Shown here one piece after another: positions 26,245 through 39,686 of a DNA stretch of 64,000 nt. Position numbers and translations under genes: made by a program. The stretch comes from Eledone cirrhosa (Eukaryota), in the NCBI GenBank assembly GCA_964016885.1, contig OZ024758.1, positions 26,412,001 to 26,476,000 of the forward strand. Reading direction: 5' to 3'. The number at the start of each line of letters is the position of its first letter. Position 1 is the first letter of the stretch. A model generated the notes under the pieces. It did no database searches. It was not told the origin of the DNA and saw nothing but the letters and a program-made list of their open reading frames with translations.

Positions 26245-27960
26245 ATAAGGTTAATAGAATAAACTCATGGTATGATAGCAATAAATACTAGAGTGTAATG
26301 TTCATCGATACAACTCCTAGAGGTGAATTAGCTTACAAATTTAGAAGGGCCCTAGATAAACATAAACTCAATATTAAGATAGTAGAAAGACCAGGTAGAA
26401 ATGAGATGATAGGACTAGGGTCCCTATCATTCCACTGCAAAGTGGTCGTGGAGGTGCCACGGCAAAAAAGCACCCAGCACTCACTGTAAAGTGGTCGTGG
26501 AGGTGCCACGGCAAAAAAGCACCCAGCACTCACTGTAAATGAGGTTGGTGTTAGGAAGGGCATCCAGCTGTAGAAATCAAGCCAGAATCAGTTCCCGTCC
26601 CACCCTTGCAAGCAGGGAAAAGTGGACGTAAAATGATGTTGATGATGGTGATTGTCTGACACCACTGACAGACACAAAAAAAAGATGCTATTCGACAAGA
26701 CTAAAACCAGTAATGGAAGTCTAAGAAATATAACAATACTGACAATCTGACAATACATTAGAAAATATTTATAGCTTGAACAGTATATGTCATCTTCAGG
26801 GATTATGTTATATTATGTTGTATCACACAATATCACACATTATCACCAGCTCCAGAAATCTATCAAAACTAGTTTGGCTTAAACCATCTTGTTGCCAATT
26901 TAAACATCTTCAATTTCTAGAGTCTTGAGAGTTATAACTCTTCTAAAAACAATTCAAGCATGAAAGTCAGTGATGTACATTAAGGATGTCTAGTGAAATA
27001 AAAAAAGAAAGAATGGGTGGACAGGGGAGTAGTTAAATATATAAATAATAATACTTTTGGAACAAGGCCAGCAATTATCCCAGTGCATTACTGGTACTTT
27101 ATTTTATCGACCCCGTAAGGATGAAAGGCAAAGTTAACCTTGGCGGGATTTGAACTCAGACTGTAAAGGGACGTAACTGTGCTGTAATAATAATTGTTTC
27201 TACCTTTGGCACAAGGCCAACAATTATCCCAGTGTATTACTGGTACTTTAATACACTGGGATAAGTGCTGGCCTTGTGCCAAAAGTAGAAACAATAATAA
27301 TACTAATAAATGTTTCTACTTTAGGCACAAGGCCAGCAATCACCCAGTACATTACTGGTACTTTATTTTATCGACCCCGTAAGGATGAAAGGCAAAGTCA
27401 ACCTCGGCGGGATTTGAACTCAGAATGACGAGGGCAATAATAATAATAATAATAATAATGGTTTATGATTTAGGCACAAGGCCAGAAATTTGAAGGGGAG
27501 GGGGGAAAGTCAATTATGATGGTGATGATGATGCTTGCTGATGGTGGTAGGGCTGATGGTGGCGGCGTGTTGATGATGGTAATGATGGTAGTGGTGGTGA
27601 CGATGTTGGTGGTGGTGGTGGTGGTGATGGTTATGGTGTGATGGTGGTGATGATGATGGTGCTGGGGGTGAAGGTGAAGGTGATGATGCTGGAGAAGATG
27701 ATGATGGTGGTTATAGTGGTGGTGGTGTTGGTGATAATGATGATGATGGTGGGGGGGGGGTGAAGAAAATGATGGTGGTAGTGATGATGATGATAATTTC
27801 TTACATAGACGGAAGCTAAGATATTGAGAGGAGGGGGGGGGGGGTGAACAATAAATTAACTCCAACTGGAACTTCTCTCTTTTTATTGGCCATAGAAGAA
27901 TAAAAAGTAGTTGATTGGGATGGAAACTCAGAAGATAAAGAGTTGTAACTAAACATAACA

Positions 27961-29160
27961 GTGGTGGTGGTGGTGGTGGTGGTGGTGGTGGTGGTGGTGG
28001 TGGTGGTAGTGGTGGTGGTGGTTGTAGTGGTGGTAGTGGTGGTTGTGGTGGTGGTGGTGGTGGTGGTGGTGGTGGTGGTGGTGGTGGTGGCGGTTGTGGT
28101 GGTGGTGGTGGTGGTAGTGGTGGTGGTGGTGGCGGTTGTGGTGGTGGTGGTGGTGGTAGTGGTGGTGGTGGTGGCGGTTGTGGTGGTGGTGGTGGTGGTG
28201 GTGGTGGTGGTGGTGGTGGTGGCGGTTGTGGTGGTGGTGGTGGTGGTGGCGGTTGTGGTAGTGGTGGTGGTGGTGGCGGTTGTGGTGGTGGTGGTGGTGG
28301 TGGTGGTGGTAGTGGTGGTGGTAGTAGTGGTGGTGGTGGTGGTGGTGGTTGTAGTGGTGGTGGTAGTAGTGGTGGTAGTGGTGGTGGTGGTGGTGGTGGT
28401 GGTGGTGGTGGTGGCGGCGGTTGTGGTGGTGGTGGTGGTGGTAGTGGTGGTGGTGGTGGCGGTTGTGGTGGTGGTGGTGGTGGTGGTGGTGGTGGTAGTG
28501 GTGGTGGTAGTAGTGGTGGTGGTGGTGGTGGTGGTTGTAGTGGTGGTGGTAGTAGTGGTGGTAGTGGTGGTGGTGGTGGTGGTGGTTGTAGTGGTGGTGG
28601 TGGTGGTGGTGGTGGTTGTAGTAGTGGTGGTGGTTGTAGTGGTGGTGGTGATGGTAGCAGTTGTGGTGGTGGTTGTATTGGTGGTGGTGGTGGTTGTAGT
28701 AGTGGTGGTGGTTGTAGTGGTGGTTGTAGTAGTGACGGTGGTAGTGGTGGTGGCAGTGGTGGTGGTGGTGGTAGTAGTGGTGGTGGTGGTAGTGGTAGTG
28801 GTGGTGGTAGTAGTGGTGGTGGTTGTAGTAGTGGTGGTGGTTGTAGTAGTGGTGGTGATGGTAGCAGTGGTGGTAGCGGTGGTGGTGGTAGTGGTGGTAT
28901 TGGTGGTGGTGGTGGTTGTAGTAGCGGTGGTGGTTGTAGTAGCGGTGGTGGTTGTAGTGGTGGTTGTAGTAGTGATGGTGGTAGTGGTGGTGGCAGTGGT
29001 GGTGGTGGTTGTAGTGGTGGTGGTGGTATTGGTGGTGGTGGTGGTAGTAGCAGTAGTTGTAATGGTATTGGTGACGGTGGTGGTAATAATAATAATAATA
29101 ATAATGATGGTGGTGGTGGTAGTGGTGGTGATGGTAGTTGTAGTGGTGGTGGTGGGGATG
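27961..29160. repeat. 1.2-kb imperfect (GGT)n array (related tract at 27520-27790)
   Basis: Trinucleotide tract with GTA/GTT/GCG variants; source of the 419-582 aa poly-V/T/P ORFs. Confidence 0.97.
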
Positions 29161-29352
29161 ATCTTAATGGGAATGGTAGCAATGTTGGTGGCGGTGGAGA
29201 TAGTACTAATAAAGACATAAGCAGTTGTGTTGTGTAGCTTATGAGTAGACACAGATGTTCCTGAAGTATTATGTTCTACTAAGTTTTAAATGGTCAGAAG
29301 ATATGGAAATGTGTTGAAGTAGGATAAAAAGAATATATAAATGAAACATACC

Positions 29353-29398
<46 letters not shown>

Positions 29399-29719
29399 AG
29401 AGGCACATGACTCAGTGGTTAGAGCATTGGCCTTGCAATCGAAAGACTGGGTGATGTGTTGTTTCCTTGAGCAAGACACTTTTTTTCACATTGCTCCAGT
29501 TTACTCAGCTGTAGAAATGAGATGATAGGGACTGGGGTCCATATCATTCCACTGCAAAGTGGTCATGGAGGTGCCATGGCAAAAAAGCACTCAGTGTAAA
29601 TGAGGTTGGTGTTAGGAAGAGCATCCGGCTGTAGAAATCAAGCCAGAATCAGTTCCCGTCCCACCCTTGCTAGCAAGGAAAAGCAGACATAAAATGAAAT
29701 GATGATGAGATATATATAT

Positions 29720-30043
29720 AGGGATTGTAAAGTCCAGTTACTGTAGGTTCCCCAGAATCAGTACTCGATGCGTAGTTTCCAGTAAGTATAGAGGTGTAGT
29801 ACTAAGCAGAATAATAACAATAATAATAAAAAGGACCATTTATTATGTCTTCATTACGTTTATTGAGTAGTGATACGCGTTTCGCTATTGATCAGCTCAA
29901 GGTTCGATCTGTATTGATCTAGCCTGACTCTGGAATCAAAAGCTTGTCGGACCTCTGTTGAGGTAATGACAGATTCTAATCAATAGTGAAACGCGCATCA
30001 CTACTTAATAAACGTAATGAAGACGTAACAAATCGTCCTTTTT
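29720..30043. mobile_element. (TA)n-embedded fold-back element, family G
   Basis: Inverted arms 29829-29890 / 29980-30043 containing GAAACGCG(T/C)ATCAC followed by AATAAA. Related copy at 20045-20222. Confidence 0.6.
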
Positions 30044-30551
30044 AATATATACTAGCATAATGGGATTTGCTCGAGGGTTCTTATAAATTTGATATATATT
30101 TATCCTTCTCGAACCTCGCCAAGTAAATACGTTTGTTTATATTTTGTTATTGTGTATGCAAAAATATCTGTACACGAATATATAATTATATATATCATCA
30201 TTCCATTTTATGTCCGCTTTTTCCCTGCTTGCAAGGGTGGGACGGGAACTGATGCTGGCTTGATTTCTACAGCTGGATGCCCTTCCTAACACCAACCTCA
30301 TTTACAGTGAGTACTGGGTGCTTTTTGCCGTGGCACCTCCACGACCACTTTGCAGTGGAATGATAGGGACCCCAGTCCCTATTATCTCATTTCTACAGCT
30401 GAGTAAACTGGAGCAATGTGAAATAAAGTGTCTTGCTCAAGGAAACAACACATCACCCGGTCTGAGAATTGAACTCACAACCTTTCGATTGCAAGGCCAA
30501 TGCTCTAACCACTAAGCCAAGTGCCTCCATATATATATATTTACATATATA

Positions 30552-30581
<30 letters not shown>

Positions 30582-30587
<6 letters not shown>

Positions 30588-30705
30588 TAACTGATTAAAG
30601 TTTAAGCAAAGAATCGCTGCTTTCACCCTTAATGGGATCTTCTGAAACTAAAATAATAAATCTGCGAACGCAGTAGTAAATATTTCGAAAAACGTTACAC
30701 ACTAT
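30582..30705 (-). mobile_element. (TA)n-embedded element, family D
   Basis: The same segment TTAAAATAAC.GATTAAAGTTTAAGCAAAGAATCGCTGCTTTCACCCTTAA.GGGATCTTCTGAAAC starts directly after (TA)n at 30582, 36716 and 40137. The 40137 copy is a fold-back. Confidence 0.7.
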
Positions 30706-30779
30706 ATATATATATATATATATATACACACTATATATATACATATACACACACTATATATACATATACACACACACAC

Positions 30780-31055
30780 CGCGTCATAATGACGTAATGC
30801 AGACAGCCAGGCATACAGAGATATTATAAGGGTGCAACATAATATCTATGTATCTATTTAAAAAGAGAAAGACTAAGAGAGAGAGAAAGAGATCGCTAAA
30901 TCGCCTAATGCGATTTGAAATTTTTTTTGCTTTGAACACTCACAGGACCATAAGTATTACATGTGTAAAGTTTGAAAACAATCGGTTGGGTGGTTCTCGA
31001 GTTTTAGTGATTGGACAGACAGACAAACAGACATTCTCTGGTTTAGTAATATAGA
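30780..31055 (-). mobile_element. Helitron-like 5' fragment
   Basis: Minus strand begins A|TCTATATTACTAAACCAGAGAATGTCTGTTTGTCTGTCTGTCC, the TC start plus (CTGT)n seen in non-autonomous Helitron-like repeats. Confidence 0.6.
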
Positions 31056-31224
31056 TATATATATATGTAAACGTGGTTGGTGTTAGGAAGGGCATCCAGC
31101 CGTAGAAAACCTGCCAGACAGTCCTATATGAGCGAGACGACCAATCTTGCCTCAAGTGGGACAATTCCCGTCTAAACCCATGCTAGCGTGGAAGATAGAC
31201 ATTAAACGATGATGATGATGATGA

Positions 31225-31284
<60 letters not shown>

Positions 31285-31504
31285 CGAAGGAAATGTGGTA
31301 AGGAACCAGATGGACCATAATGCACCAAAGTACTCAATACTTAGGGTAGTAGAGTGGAGTCCAGAATTAGCCGTCGAAACGGCTTGAGCTCACCCGTCGG
31401 GGTCCTACTTGTTCCTATATATATATATATATATATATATATAGGAACGAATTTAATAAACATTTATTGTACTGCCTCTCTGTTCTGTCCCTGTTCAATT
31501 TTTC

Positions 31505-31550
<46 letters not shown>

Positions 31551-32009
31551 CATCAGGATGAAATGTTTGAAACTTGTTAGACTCAACAGAGAACTTGATA
31601 CTTGGGGTATTGAGTGCAGTTCCTGACTATCGAACTAGTCGTTGAAATGGCAAGAACTCAGCCATCGGGTCCCGACTCATTAAATTATATATATCAGATA
31701 AGTGTGTGGTGAAATACCAGGTGGACCATAACCCACCAGAATACTCGATACTTGGGGTAGTAAAGCGGATAATATGAAAAGATTCAGGACCCCAACAGCT
31801 GAGCTCTGGCTGTTTCGACATCATCATCATCACCCAGTTTTTGATTATGCAGGACACAATTAATCCCTAAGTAGGGGGTGGGTCCTGCTTGACAGCGCTC
31901 CTTAGTGTCCCACTCCATGTGTTTCTGTCCACCGGTATCACCTTTTTTTTTTTTTTTTTAAACCCATCCCACCCCGTAACTGTCGGTCAGTTCCAAACTG
32001 ACAGTTACA

Positions 32010-33470
32010 GGGGTTAAAAAAAAAATCTATTAGTGAGATGAATAATGGAAAAGTTACTGGGATGCTGAAACCATCTGGGGAATAGGAGTCAAGCTAATCA
32101 CCCACATTGTCAATCAGGTAATAGATGATGGTGTTATACTGACTGACTGGCATAGCAGTATAATTATTGTTATAAGGGAAAAGATGATGCCCTAGAAAAG
32201 AATAACTAAAGCCATAAAACTGATGGATCAAGTTATGAAAGTGACAGATGGAACTTTAGCACAACTTATTGGGGGGGGGGGGGGGGGGAAAGAGTCAAAT
32301 TAGATGCGATAGGGCTTGGTTTTATGCCAGGAAGGTGCACCAAAGATGCCCCCCTTCTTAGTGTAACAATTACAAGAGAAGGTCCTAGCTATGTGTAAAC
32401 CACTATCAACCTTTCATTGATATGGAGAAGGCCTTTGACAGAATAACATGATCTGTTAGCTGGTGGTCCTTAAACCCTTTAACATTTACTATGGTATTTT
32501 CATGGTAAACCTTACATAATTATCTCACTTAATATCAAATCTATGAGATTTTCATATTATTTATTTTGAAAACAATACCTTAACATGAGCACCCGGTTAT
32601 GGCTGGTTTGAACAGAAAGCTGTGAGAGTATTCTGACCGGATATGGCCAGTTTAAATGCTAAAGGGTATTAATGTGGCTTGTGAAAGTTGTGTAAGATAT
32701 GTACAGAGAGCTGCCAATATTCTAAGAGTAGGAAATGAGGTTCGTGAGGAATTTAGTGTGCAGGTAGTTCAGCAGGGCTTCGTTGTTAGTTCATTCCTAT
32801 CTATTATAGTCCTCCAAGCCATAACAGATAAGTGAGAGTTGGTAGTAAGAACCTCAGTGAAATAAACTTTTTCCAATCTCAGGAAGGTACCATAGAATTA
32901 ATTGATAATTTCTTATACCTAGGTGACCTTAATTAGCAGTGAAGGTGCTTGGTTGTTCTGAAAGCCTGGGAGCTAGAATAAGAATAATGTGGGGGTATGT
33001 TCAGGAGCTACTACCCCTGTTGACAACAAAAGGTTTCTCTCTATGAAAGAAAGACTAGCCAGTCTTTCATGATACCAGCCCGTGAAGTGCAATGCTTGCA
33101 TGGAAGTGGAACATAGGCAATGCATGCAAAGGATATGCAAAGATTGGGAAGAAATGAAGCAAGCATGCATTGGTAGATGCATATATGAAAAAGCATGGAT
33201 GAGCTGAGAGAAAAACTATGTATAACAGGAATCATATGCAAGAGAGAAGATTGCACTGATATGGACATATGAAGCTTATGGTGAAGAAGAGAAAGAACAA
33301 GGAAGACTTAGACAGAAGTGGTATGAGCTGATCTCTAAATGCTAAACCTCACACAGGAGATGATGAAGGAACACAACATGGTTTTATGGTACCAGTACAA
33401 GGGAGATAGTAGTGGGAAAGACCTGTCCAATCCATGCAAGCATGGAAAAGCAAGCATAAAAGGATGGTGT
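32010..33470 (+). pseudogene. Heavily decayed RTE reverse transcriptase, interrupted by a piggyBac-like MITE
   Basis: Fragments in shifting frames: FMPGRCTKDA, QLQEK, IDMEKAFDR, QQGFVVSSFLSIIVLQAIT, FLYLGDL, ELLPLLTTK. RTE-type 3' end near 33430-33470. Confidence 0.75.
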
Positions 33471-35733
33471 TTAGTTCATTCAACAATCCCAACCCTCATT
33501 ACCAGACCTTGAACTTAGTAAAAACTAATCCATGTTTAGTTATTTAGTAATTTAATGCTCAACATTCTCAGATACACTTTTAAATTTTTCTGACAATATT
33601 TCAATTAATGGTCGTACTTTGTCTCAGAAGTAAATATAAATAAATACAAGTAAAACTAAAAAGTAAAAACTCCAGTAAAGATGTAATGACTAATATAGAA
33701 TTAGTTACAGAAGCAAAAAGTCTTGTAATCTATATGATGCTTTCTTGTTTGTTAGTATCAAATTTACTATGTCAATGACCTTGTAAAACTCTGTTACATT
33801 GTTATAGAGTTCACTAACTTTCCAGCACCAATGGCTCCCAACCAAGGACAGTTTATTCATTTTGCTAAACTAATAAAGGTCACATGATAATTCAGAGTAA
33901 GTTCCTAGAAATCTACCGATACCATAAAACCACGGCTTCAGGTGGATGGAACTCACCAGCCTGGGAAGGCAGTCCATTTAACCCTTTAGCATTTAAACCA
34001 GTCGTATCTGGACGGAATTCTTTCACCTCTTTCTGTTACAACTGGCTGTAACTGACTACTCATACTGATGTTAAGGTATTGATCTCAGAATAAATAATAT
34101 CAAAATCTCATAGTCTCAATATTATGTGAGGTAAAGCCTTTACAGTGAAAATAATATAGTAAATCTAGTGTAATGTAAATGTTAAAGGTTTAACCCTTTA
34201 CTGTTCAAACCAGCCAGAATTCTCTACCTTTTTTCTGTTGAAACTGACTGTAACTGGTCACACAAATTGATGTTAAGGTATTGTTCTCAAAATAAATACT
34301 TTCAAAATCTCATAGATTTGATATTATGTGAGATAATTATATGAGATAAAGCATTTACCATGAAAATATAATAGTATATATAGAGTAATGTGAATGCTAA
34401 AGGGTTAAAGGCAATCAGTTTACCTTTGGGTGTCTTATTCACAATTCCCTATATTTTTTTATGGTCTACCATAAGTTACTACATTTCAGTGAATACGTAA
34501 GGGTTAAGTTACTACATTTCAGTGAAAGCACAACTACTGCTGTTACCTGAAAAGCCATCTATAGATAGAGCAGCGCTTGGACATAAAGCTGGCCCGTATA
34601 GAATCTATCCTGCAGAAATGCCTTCCTAAAGGCAGAAACCTATACATACTGGCCAACTGCTGCACCCAAGACATAGAAAGGTACCTGCGTACTTATAGCA
34701 TATATCAGATTTCGGTACATGAAATGTCACATTAGCAGCACAATTCAGCATTTACCCATCCAAATCAAAGAATATCTTCATTAAAAAAACAACAGACAAA
34801 TGCAGGAATACAAATAAGAACATCAGTCATCATAAACCATATTTGACATCATTTCTATGGCTGGACACCTTATTAGCATCAACCACTTTACAGAGTGTAT
34901 TGAGTGCATTTTACTATTACACCAGTGCTAGAGAGGTTGTCTGGTCCTAAAGATTCTTTTCAACCATAAGTTGTCTCCATCTGACAACTTGCTCTACAGA
35001 GTATACTAGGTGTATTTTATCTTGAAACCAGAACTAGGGGGAGGGCTGTCTTGTTCTGTGTAGGACTGCAGTTATCTTATGTGTTTGTGTATGTGTTTTG
35101 TCCAGCTATAGAAAACTAGCCAAACAAAGGGTGGCGAGGACTCTGCTCTGCAAACTGCCCCAGTGTTGGTGTTTACACAATAAACACACCCTTGTACAAC
35201 TCTATAAAGTGGTTTGTGATAAGTGAGGGCATTTAGTCGTAGAAAACCTGCCAAATAACGAGTCCAGAAGATTCATCAGCTGTGACGAAGACATGACAGC
35301 CTCCCAAGTGATGTTGTTACAATAAAATGCACTCAGTTGTGCGTGGGATCGTATGTAAGCCGGAGTACTTAGTAGAGTGTGGGAATGTGAGATGCTGGCC
35401 CCTGGTCCACCGAATAGTCAATGACCCTCCTTTGTATACCAATCCTTGCTAACAGGGAAAGAGAACATTAAACGACAATATGCATATATATATATATATA
35501 TAGCTGAACAAAAATGAAAGACGAACAGACATATATGTATTCAAATCGTAAGGGACCAGATTCGCTAGGGTGAAAAGAATACTAACTACAGACAATAGGG
35601 TTTGCTGGACTCAATTTAAGAATAAATGAAGAAAAATAAATACAAACCAGAATTGTGGTAACTACCAATCACCCGGACAGTTTTGATAATACTGTTTCTA
35701 ACTCAATACATGCCTTTAATATATATATATGTA

Positions 35734-35772
<39 letters not shown>

Positions 35773-35775
<3 letters not shown>

Positions 35776-36050
35776 CGCCCCTTTCGATGTAAAGTTATAA
35801 ATGAGGTTGTGTAGGTGTCACGACAAAAAAACACACAGTCCACGCTGTAATGTGGCCGTGTAGGTAACACGGTAAAAACCTCCCAGTCCACACTGTAAAC
35901 GTGGTTGGTGTTAGGAAGGGCATCCAGCCGTAGAAAACCCGCCAGACAGTCCTATGCGAGCAAGACAACCAATCTTGCCTCAAGTGGGAAAATTCCCGTC
36001 CAAACCCATTCAAGCGTGGAAGATGGACGTTAAACGATGATGATGATGAT
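35773..36050 (+). mobile_element. RTE 3' UTR fragment (single 112-bp unit)
   Basis: Same sequence as 12140-12858 but with one internal unit. Confidence 0.8.
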
Positions 36051-36318
36051 ATATATATATCTCTATACCTCTCACTTATATATATATATATATATATATA
36101 TATTTCGTTTCTGAATTTGTTTAGCAAAATTCTTTATCTGAAATCGTGTGTTGAAACCGATATTGTTATACTTTGGGAGGGTCATGTTGCCAATAAGAAA
36201 CACACGCACCAGTTGCTTTCACTTCAATTTAATTTATTATATATTTATAAATTTACAAATTTATAAATTTCTGGTTGGTTGGTTGGTTCCACAACCAGAT
36301 AGTTGTTTATATATATAT

Positions 36319-36363
36319 AGTCATAGTTCTTTCGTCACACACTCTGTGACCTCTTCAGTGACT
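36319..36363 (-). ncRNA. Minimal type I hammerhead motif (family A)
   Basis: Inverted copy of 36496-36540. Confidence 0.75.
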
Positions 36364-36495
36364 GGGGATTTCTTTCTTCGTTTCTGTGCCTTTCTTTTCT
36401 TCTATCCTACGCCATTTTGTTTGTGAACCCACACACAAACAAAATGGCGTAGGATAGAAGAAAAGAAAGGCACAGAAACGAAGAAAGAAATCCCC

Positions 36496-36540
36496 AGTCA
36501 CTGAAGAGGTCACAGAGTGTGTGACGAAAGAACTATGACT
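36496..36540 (+). ncRNA. Minimal type I hammerhead motif (family A)
   Basis: AGTCA CTGAAGA G GTCACA GAGTG TGTGAC GAAA GAAC TA TGACT: 5-bp stem I, 6-bp stem II, vestigial stem III, CUA cleavage triplet. Confidence 0.75.
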
Positions 36541-36986
36541 ATATATATATAAACAACTATCTGGTTGTGGAACCAACCAACCAACCAGAAATTTATAAAT
36601 TTGTAAATTTATAAATATATAATAAATTAAATTGAAGTGAAAGCAACTGGTGCGTGTGTTTCTTATTGGCAACATGACCCTCCCAAAGTATAACAATATA
36701 TATATATATATATATTAAAATAACAGATTAAAGTTTAAGCAAAGAATCGCTGCTTTCACCCTTAACGGGATCTTCTGAAACTAACAAAGTCAATCTGTAA
36801 ACGCAGAAGTGGGTGGATATTTCAAAAAACGTTGCAACCGGAGGAAGACAGGAAGACGATACTTTGGTTCGTGGAAACGTTCCCTATGCAAATAAGTATT
36901 TGCTCTACGGTTCTTATATATTTGATATATATTTATCCTTATCGAGCCCTCTTTGGATTTTAGTCTTCAAATTTATTATTATTACT

Positions 36987-37046
<60 letters not shown>

Positions 37047-37719
37047 AACTTCTTGGCATATCTCAACCAAATATATTGGAGCACACTTACATGTGTTGTT
37101 GTTTAGCCCCAAGTCAACCCCAGCAGCAAACAATTGTCATGATCAAAAAGCCTGTCTTTTCAGATATTATCTAACCTTTAGCATTTAAACCGGCCGTATC
37201 CAGCCAGAATTCTCTCACCTTTTTCTGTTCAAACCGGCCACAACTGTCCACTCATATTGATGTGAAGGTATTGTTCTCAAAATCAAAATCTTGTAGATTC
37301 GATATTATGTGAGATAATAATGTGAGATTACACAAAAATACAATAGTATATATAGAGTAATGTAAATACTAAAGGGTTAATACACTTTTCTCTCTCCTAA
37401 AAGACGGTAGAGCGAAAGTTATGAGATTTGGCAGCTATTTCTAGCAGGTCGAGCAAGTACATAGTGGCTCCCTTGCTGGCTAGTATATAATATAATATAT
37501 ATATATATTAGGGTGGTGGATTGGCAGTATCGGTGGAGCGTCGGACAACATTCTTTATGGCACAGGGTTACGCCCCTTTACAATCTGAGTTCAAATTCAA
37601 CCAGTTAACTTTAACTTTGCCTTTCAACATCATCATGGGGTCGATAAAATAAAGGAGTCCCTTCCCAAAAATTGTTGGCCTTGTGCCTAAATGAGAAACC
37701 AATATCATATATACATATA

Positions 37720-37898
37720 TTCCGTTATAACGAATTTTTCAGTATAACGAATTTTTTTCAATCCCCGGGGTAATAACAAACAAACACTCGAGGTGGTATG
37801 CCGATCTCGTTATAAAGAATCTTCCGTTATAAAGAATCTTCCGCTACAACGAATATTTTTTAAAACACCGTGAATTTCGTTATAACGGAATTTCAGTG
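37720..37898. mobile_element. Tigger-like MITE remnant
   Basis: TTCCGTTATAACGAA...TTCGTTATAACGGAATTTCAGTG inverted ends with repeated CGTTATAA. Related fragment at 63150-63260. Confidence 0.6.
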
Positions 37899-38092
37899 CA
37901 TATATATGTGTGTATGTGTGTTGTGTGTGTGTGTGAACGGATTTTATTAATATTCTGTGCTTGTTGTTTTTATACAACATGCGTTAACGCCATGTGTTTA
38001 CATATGCATGTACGCACACATAATTATGTGGTGAATACTTGGAAATAAAAGATGTAAAAAAAATAAAAATATTGAAAGCAGCAACAACAAAT

Positions 38093-38125
<33 letters not shown>

Positions 38126-38606
38126 ACATAGTAAAAGGAGAGTCGAGGAGAATATATAAAAAAAAGGGGGGGGGGGGATGGTGAAAGAAAGATAAGATCA
38201 CAGTAAATGAATAACGAAAAATAAATGAACCTTAAAGAAGGAAAATGCAAAATAAAAACAGGAAGAAAGTACTAAAATGACAACAATAGCTTTTAATTTC
38301 ATGGGAGGGTGCCTGATCGGTAGAGGGTGGGTGAGAATGTAGCTTGTTAGGGATCTCTGAAAAAAAAAAAAATGGCTGGCTTTCACAGGAAGAAAACCCT
38401 CTCAAACGGCAAAGACTCTTCCGCCTGACTACTTCGGTGATTCGGAGTCCCACACTAACTTACATTGGATTGTTGTTGACTGCATGAATAAATATACATA
38501 CATATAAAGCTAGCAGAAAAGGCGAGGGCGAGGAGGTCAGCTGAACGAGTTGAGATAGAGAAAGTCAGAAGACGTGAGTGTGGGAGGAAGGGAGCAAACA
38601 CTGGCA

Positions 38607-39260
38607 CGTGTGTATGTGTGTGTGTGGCAATGTATGCATGTGTATGTGTGTGTGTGGTAATGTATGCATGTGTGTATGTGGCGGCAATGTATGCATGTGT
38701 ATGTGTGTATGTGACGGCAATGTATGCATGTGTATGTGTGTATGTGACGGCAATGTATGCATGTGTATGTGTGTATGTGACAATGTATGCATGTGGCAAT
38801 GTATGCATGTGTGTGTGTGTATGTGGCAATGTATGCGTGTGTATGTGACGGCAATGTATGCATGTGTATGTGGCAGTGTATGCATGTGTATGTGTGTATG
38901 TGGCAGTGTATGTGTGTATGTGGTAATGTGTGTATGTGGTAATGTATGCATGTGTATATGTGACGGCAATGTATGCATGTGTATGTGTGTATGTGACAAT
39001 GTATGCATGTGTATGTGTGTATGTGACAATGTATGCATGTGTATGTGTGTATGTGGTAATGTATGCATGTGTATGTGTGGGCAATGTATGCATGTGTATC
39101 TGTGTATGTGGCAATGTATGCATGTGTATGTGTGTATGTGACGGCAATGTATGCATGTGTATGTGTGTATGTGACGGCAATGTATGCATGTGTATGTGTG
39201 TATGTGGCAATGTATGCATGTGTATGTGTGTATGTGACAATGTATATATGTGTATGTGAG
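38607..39260. repeat. TG-rich minisatellite, ~28-33 bp unit AATGTATGCATGTGTATGTGTGTATGTG(AC)GGC
   Basis: Directly visible; source of the HTHIHM/CMCVC ORFs. Confidence 0.95.
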
Positions 39261-39407
39261 TGTGTCTGAGATGGAAACGAAAAGCTTCAACAAACACAAC
39301 ACAAGATTCATTGTTATTCTTGTTATGAACGGGGGGGGGGGGGGGAGATAGATTGGTGATATTGCACAAGAGGGGGATATATATATATATATATATGTGT
39401 GTGTATG

Positions 39408-39438
<31 letters not shown>

Positions 39439-39440
39439 TA

Positions 39441-39634
39441 TACAAGGGTCAGCAGAAAAGTTCATAGTCTGACCAAGATACTCTCATGGTATGACCAAAT
39501 GAGGTTTATTTTTTAACATAGTCCCCGGAAAGAAATAATGCAGTTATTAATAAAAAGTGTTGAAATTAATACATGCAAGATTTCATTGCTCTAACTTCGC
39601 TCCACCGTCAGCCTATGAACTTTCCAGCCCACCT

Positions 39635-39638
<4 letters not shown>
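39441..39638. mobile_element. mariner-like MITE
   Basis: TA-CAAGGGTCAGCAGAAAAGTTCATAGTCTGAC ... GTCAGCCTATGAACTTTCCAGCCCACCTTCG TIRs. Other copies at 44664-44760 (truncated at a SINE) and 52333-52538. Confidence 0.8.

Positions 39639-39686
<48 letters not shown>

Larger units (their letters stand above)
25219..26397 (-). mobile_element. 5'-truncated Penelope-like retroelement (ORF remnant + pLTR + inverted segment)
   Basis: GIY-YIG ORF remnant, downstream pLTR with hammerhead motif ending at (TA)n, and a 153-bp inverted duplication at the truncated end (26078-26230 / 26245-26397). Confidence 0.9.
36103..36699. mobile_element. Solo fold-back pLTR pair of the Penelope-like family A
   Basis: Homologous to 25219-25510. 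Arms 36160-36425 and 36434-36699 look identical by eye; (TA)n on both sides. Confidence 0.9.

Noticed and set aside
27470-29252. 419-582 aa poly-Pro/Thr/Val ORFs (mucin- or extensin-like)
   Set aside because: An (ACC)n microsatellite is open in several frames on both strands; no unique domain or splice context.
33825-33902. Plus-strand exon (TTTCCAG acceptor, ATG, GTAAGT donor)
   Set aside because: The frame from the ATG stops before the donor and nothing else supports it.
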